From: Terriglobia bacterium
Lineage (GTDB): Bacteria > Acidobacteriota > Terriglobia > 20CM-2-55-15
Assembly (NCBI GenBank): GCA_965218585.1
Contig: CBDCLE010000026.1
Coordinates: forward strand, 313,833 to 377,832
Direction of reading: 5' to 3'
DNA: 64,000 nucleotides
In this document: one piece after another, positions 59,688-64,000 of the stretch
How the letters are laid out: the number at the start of each line of letters is the position of its first letter
Numbering within the stretch: position 1 is the stretch's first letter
Translations under genes and position numbers: made by a program
The notes under the pieces: generated by a model
Told to the model about the DNA's origin: nothing
Seen by the model: the letters and a program-made list of their open reading frames with translations, nothing else
Databases searched by the model: none

Positions 59688-61082
59688 CTAAGGTGCGCCG
59701 CGTCCTCTTCCCCCCGCCCCACTTCCCGTTCCCGGTTCAGTGGGATTCAACAACTCGGCTTCTGCGTTTACTTCGTCCTCCCAGTCGCGAATAAGACCGC
59801 GCAGGTCGGCAACAAGATTCGTCTGGGATCTCGCCAGGTCCATGCGTTCACCCAAATCCCGGCTCAAATCGAAGAGCATCAAAGCCGTTCCATCCACCAG
59901 TAACTTCCAGTCTCCCCGTCGCACGGCTCGCTGCCTCCAGAAACCACCCACTCGCCAGAACAAAGTGCGCTCCACCTGCTCCCCGGACTCTTGAATGAGG
60001 GGAATCAGGTCGATCCCGTCAAGGTTCGCCTCCTCCGGAACCGGCGTGTTCGTCGCGGCCAGAATCGTGGCCGTCAGATCCATCGTGATGCCGACCTGAG
60101 GCGTGGTTCGATCTGCAGGTATCCGGCCGGGCCATCGCATGATCGCAGGGACGCGGATCCCGCCTTCCCAGACGGTCTGCTTTCGATGAAACAGAGGTGC
60201 GTTCCGGGAAAGCCATTCTCCCCCGTTGTCGTTTGTGAAAACGACGAGGGTGTTTTCTGCCAGGTCTAGCGCTCGAAGCGTGTCAAGGATCCGGCCAACA
60301 CTTTGATCGACGCGTTCCACCATCGCGATATAGTCCGCACGCGTGTTAGTGTCCTCATCGCCGGGACCCAGATGCCTGGCGTTATCCCGCGCAACGGACG
60401 GCGAATCTGGCACCTGGTAGGGCCAATGCGGAGCGTTGAAGGCGACTTCCAGGAAGAAAGGACGTTCACGGTTCGCTTCGATAAATCCGACGGCCCGCTC
60501 TGTTATCAGGTCCGTCATATAGTCGGGTGAATCCACGGGCGTCTTGTTTTCCCACAGGTCTGGAATTCTGTTCTGGCCAATGTGGGTGTAGTAATCCATA
60601 TAGGCTGACAGAAATCCGAAGAAATACGTGAACCCGTGGGCCTCGGGGTGAAACTGCGGCTCGAGGCCGAGGTGCCATTTCCCTGTCAGCGCCGTGGCAT
60701 AACCGCTATCTTGCAGGAGTTGCGGAAGCGAACGGCCGGTTACGGCAAGCCCGGACGTCGTGCTCCCACCCAGCGGTCCTTCCAGTTGCCCACCCAACCT
60801 CTGTTGATAGCGTCCGGTCATCAAAGCCACTCGCGTCGGAGTGCAGGTGGCGCCGTTTGCGTAAAAATCGGTGAACCGGACGCCCTCACTGGCAAGCCGG
60901 TCAATGTTCGGCGTCTGAAGGTCCGTGGCACCGTAGCTGCCGAAGTCGCCGTATCCTGCGTCGTCGGTGATGATCAATACGACGTTGGGCCTTTCCGGGA
61001 TGGTCCCCTGCGCAAACGCCAGGGCGGCGTTCAGGAGACAGATCGAAATTCCGATCAGACACAGACCAAGCTTACATTTCAT
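59688..61082 (-). CDS. Secreted Cys-type (FGly) sulfatase
   Basis: PNVVLIITDD, CTPTRVALMTG, GKWHLG, APHWP and NDNGG motifs. Confidence 0.95.
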   Translation of the reverse strand: MKCKLGLCLIGISICLLNAALAFAQGTIPERPNVVLIITDDAGYGDFGSYGATDLQTPNIDRLASEGVRFTDFYANGATCTPTRVALMTGRYQQRLGGQLEGPLGGSTTSGLAVTGRSLPQLLQDSGYATALTGKWHLGLEPQFHPEAHGFTYFFGFLSAYMDYYTHIGQNRIPDLWENKTPVDSPDYMTDLITERAVGFIEANRERPFFLEVAFNAPHWPYQVPDSPSVARDNARHLGPGDEDTNTRADYIAMVERVDQSVGRILDTLRALDLAENTLVVFTNDNGGEWLSRNAPLFHRKQTVWEGGIRVPAIMRWPGRIPADRTTPQVGITMDLTATILAATNTPVPEEANLDGIDLIPLIQESGEQVERTLFWRVGGFWRQRAVRRGDWKLLVDGTALMLFDLSRDLGERMDLARSQTNLVADLRGLIRDWEDEVNAEAELLNPTEPGTGSGAGGRGRGAP

Positions 61083-61147
61083 TACGGATCCTCGCGATTG
61101 GTGGAAGTTTTGAAACTCATGAAGGCACGGTGCCGACTTTCAATAGC

Positions 61148-61666
61148 TCAGGGCAGCTCGATCAATATGTTCTCGAGGCTGAACATATCCGTCGGCAACG
61201 CCTCCTCGCCAGCCGGGTAGTCATTCGAACTCAAGAGATATGCGACGATCTCGGCGTAGTCTTCCAGACCGAGACTACCGGGATTGCCTTCAGGCATGGT
61301 CGTATAGATCAGATCAAACAGATCCGCAACGGTCTCGCCATCCCAACTTCTTCGAAACAGGGCGCCCGCAAACTCGTTCGGGCGGTGACATGAGGTACAC
61401 GCCTGCTGAAACCTTCGCTCCCCACGGGATGCCTGTCCGCTGCTGAACACGCCGTCCCGTACCGAAGTCCCAACTGCCGAGCTGACTCCTGCCTCTTCCG
61501 AGATCGTAGCTGGCGGGGGCGCTTCTACATTCACAACTGCCTGGGAACAAGCTCCTGCGAAAACCGACAGAAAGCACATCCCCAACACCAACCTCGAAGC
61601 CCGGCACTTGAGGGCTGTGATCCGGGAATTATTCAACTGCTCGGGGCTCGCCGCACTTGTCCTCAT
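61148..61666 (-). CDS. Mono-heme cytochrome c lipoprotein
   Basis: AGAC lipobox; VRDGVFS..RG..CTSCH..TMP; related to the N-terminal domain of 9641. Confidence 0.85.
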   Translation of the reverse strand: MRTSAASPEQLNNSRITALKCRASRLVLGMCFLSVFAGACSQAVVNVEAPPPATISEEAGVSSAVGTSVRDGVFSSGQASRGERRFQQACTSCHRPNEFAGALFRRSWDGETVADLFDLIYTTMPEGNPGSLGLEDYAEIVAYLLSSNDYPAGEEALPTDMFSLENILIELP

Positions 61667-61669
61667 CAG

Positions 61670-62554
61670 TCAGCGTTGACAACTATTGCCGGTCCGCTCC
61701 CCACGAACCCATCCGGCCAGCATCTGCCACTCCGGATCGTCCTGGGATCTCCACCGCCGGACTCCGTTATGCGCGTAGTCGCCTCCACCGTCGGGATGCA
61801 GCGGATGCATCAGGAGCCGGCTCTGGGTCGGGTATCCCGGATCGATCAAACGCATCGCCAACTCAAAGTTTTCCCGCGACTGCTGCTCGCTCCAGTAATC
61901 CTGACCTTCAGGTATGGGACGAACGAAGGTTTCCCCTCCTGAAGAGTGACAAGCGACACACGTCAGGCTGCCCGGAAGCGGGTTGACAAAGATCGGCTGG
62001 ACACAAGCCTCGAAGAAGTCGAAATCAAGTTCGGGAGCATCGGGCGCGGTCGGCGGCGAACCCGCCGCGGCGCTGACCCAGTCGGCAATGAGCTGCCACT
62101 CGGGATCGTCCGTGGAAGTCCAGTACTTGCCGCCAGTGTGGTTCACCGTACCCCCGGCCTGTACCCGAAGGGGTTTCCGGAGCAATCGGCTGTTCTCCGG
62201 ATCGCCCGGCGTCACGAGACGCGAGACGACCTCGAAGTTGAGCCGCGACTGCTCTTCTGTCCAGAAGACGCCACCGTTGGCATCTTCCTCGAGTGATTGA
62301 AGCTTGAGCGGTGTATTCGTCTGCCACGTATGACACATCACGCATGCCGGATCACCAGGGTCCGGCGGCAGGAAATCGCCTCGGGAACGAATGAAAATTG
62401 GCTCAATGTTTTCCCGGTAAAAATCGAAGTCCAACCCCTCTTGAGCGGCCGCAGGAATGGATGCAATCACGGTCAACAGTAAAATCCCCGCGATCGCACC
62501 AAATAGATAACGTATTCCGTATAGATAACGTATTCCGTGACTTGGATTAGTCAT
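61670..62554 (-). CDS. Secreted di-heme cytochrome c made of two homologous domains
   Basis: LDFDF..I/VxPIF..CVMCH / CVACH..WxExQSRxNFE..SRLL..PL..HxG..DDPEWQ repeated twice. Confidence 0.85.
   Translation of the reverse strand: MTNPSHGIRYLYGIRYLFGAIAGILLLTVIASIPAAAQEGLDFDFYRENIEPIFIRSRGDFLPPDPGDPACVMCHTWQTNTPLKLQSLEEDANGGVFWTEEQSRLNFEVVSRLVTPGDPENSRLLRKPLRVQAGGTVNHTGGKYWTSTDDPEWQLIADWVSAAAGSPPTAPDAPELDFDFFEACVQPIFVNPLPGSLTCVACHSSGGETFVRPIPEGQDYWSEQQSRENFELAMRLIDPGYPTQSRLLMHPLHPDGGGDYAHNGVRRWRSQDDPEWQMLAGWVRGERTGNSCQR
62503..62538. repeat. Perfect 18-bp tandem duplication in the signal-peptide coding region
   Basis: ATAGATAACGTATTCCGT x2, giving GIRYLY-GIRYLF. Confidence 0.85.
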
Positions 62555-63636
62555 TGGACCCCCGCACGTTTTCTACCCGACCTGCAGGGATGATATGCGT
62601 TGAGTTCCGTTTGGGCGCGTGGCCAACGGGGATCCGAGCGACGATCTCGCGCGTCTCCACATCCAGGGCCAGTGTTTCCATCGTTCCTACGACGCTGACA
62701 TAGACGATCCGGCTGTCCGGCGTTGCTGTCAACCACTGCGGCGAGGGACCTACGTCGATGCCTCCCTGAAATTCAAGGTCGGGCAGGGACCACACGTAGA
62801 CGCGGCTGTCCAGCCGGCTGGCATACCAGAGGGAGGACTTGTCGGGCAGAACGATCAGGCCATGGCCGGTTCCGTCCTGAATACCGTCGAAGTTCTGCCG
62901 TGATACCGGGACCGGAGGCGGGCTGATGAAATCCACGGCCTTTCGCTCATCCCAATCGACAACGTAGAACCCGTTGAGACGGGTCGTCTGGCCAAATATC
63001 CGATTCGGCGTTCCGTCGTCGTTGGACTCGATCGCCATGGGACGCACACGATGGCCTTCGAGCGGTACACCCCACACGACCTCGTCGGTGTTGGCGTCGA
63101 TGACCTGGATTGCGGGATCATCCTCGGTTGGGGGCGCCGCGCCCAGGCCGACGATGACGTGTTGATAATCGTCGGTGATATAAACGTTGTGGACGCCGTC
63201 GTTGACCGAGATCGTCTTGATAACTTCATGAGTATCGATGTCGATCACGTCGACATAGGGATCAGAGCGAATGCCGACATACACCTTCCGCAGCTCATCA
63301 TTGATCGCCAGTTTGTTGGGTCGGGCGGTGAGGGGGATGTGACCGACCGTTCGGAGCGTCTTGGTGTCGATGATGTCGACCGTATTGTCAGCCTCGTTGG
63401 CGAAGTAATAGTAGTAACCATCGGGATGATCGACGGCCGCGTGCGCTTTGGGGAACGAAATCGATGACGGCAACGATTTCGTGGGTCGCCGGATCGATGA
63501 GTTGGGCGTTCGTGCCCGCCGAGTTGGTCTGGATAATCCGGACCACCGAATCGGTCTGCGCTGCCACCGGGTTCACCAGCAGAAATATCCCCAGACATGC
63601 AAACAGCATTCCTCGTGAGTCGACGGTGTGCCTCAT
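62547..63636 (-). CDS. YncE/YVTN-type beta-propeller secreted protein (frameshift near 63452)
   Basis: Signal peptide; QTNSAG..LIDPATHEIV-[fs]-PKAH; repeated VDIIDT/VIDID/IPVG blades. Confidence 0.82.
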
Positions 63637-63744
63637 GTCAGAACCTCCGGTCATGCAAATTTCCGTCAATCATACGTGCAAACGGTGATCGCGCAACCCC
63701 GTCGACCAGTCAGGACGAATGAAATCTGCGCGCCTCTGTTCCGC

Positions 63745-64000
63745 TTATCTCAGCTCAGAGGGCCTGTTTGTCACGTACCTCATCAGGCGCGTCCGAGCGA
63801 CCTCACCCGCATAGATGTTGCCGTTGAAATCCACGCCGAGAAACTCGATCCCGGCTCCAACGTTTTCGTCGTGTTGCGGAATGAAGTGGGTCACCCATGC
63901 CTGTTCGGTTTTAAGGTCCCCGATACGGATGCCCTTCTCCCAGCCCAGGTTGCTCCGCCAGTTATCCGGGGGACCCTGGCGAACGTCGCCGGAGAGGCCG
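63745..64000 (-). CDS. C-terminal part of an NHL-repeat / 6-bladed propeller protein (starts beyond window)
   Basis: Manual translation GWEKGIRIGD..VTHFIP..EFLGVDFNGNIYAGEVARTRLMRYV..ELR*. Confidence 0.7.
   Translation of the reverse strand, partial: GLSGDVRQGPPDNWRSNLGWEKGIRIGDLKTEQAWVTHFIPQHDENVGAGIEFLGVDFNGNIYAGEVARTRLMRYVTNRPSELR

Overview
GC-rich bacterial chromosome segment. The gene content (DUF6152, DUF5916 and many secreted hydrolases, cytochromes and PQQ proteins) suggests Acidobacteriota; this host assignment is an inference. It holds about 60 genes, mostly exported hydrolases and redox proteins, many of them as paralog sets. It also has housekeeping genes (aroG, ubiX, cimA, RluA-type and THUMP RNA-modifying enzymes), one complete IS21 element with a 7-bp target duplication, and a family of GTAG-type REP palindromes. 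I saw no rRNA, tRNA or CRISPR array. Main observations: (1) an exported selenoprotein candidate that the ORF track splits in two, with an AhpC/TSA domain carrying W-U-P-Y-C, a SECIS-like hairpin and a fused DsbD-alpha domain, next to a DsbA gene; (2) a split PEP-synthase/phenylphosphate-synthase-like pair enclosing an amidohydrolase-type (de)carboxylase and followed by a phosphatase; (3) a 77-nt intergenic element present twice, whose 12 stem substitutions are all compensatory; (4) a repeated DUF6152 (N-terminal His-His) plus Cys-pair partner module. Seven frameshifts fall in or next to short homopolymers and are probably long-read errors. Four genes appear to have lost their central region. 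All family assignments come from reading motifs by eye; no database searches were run.
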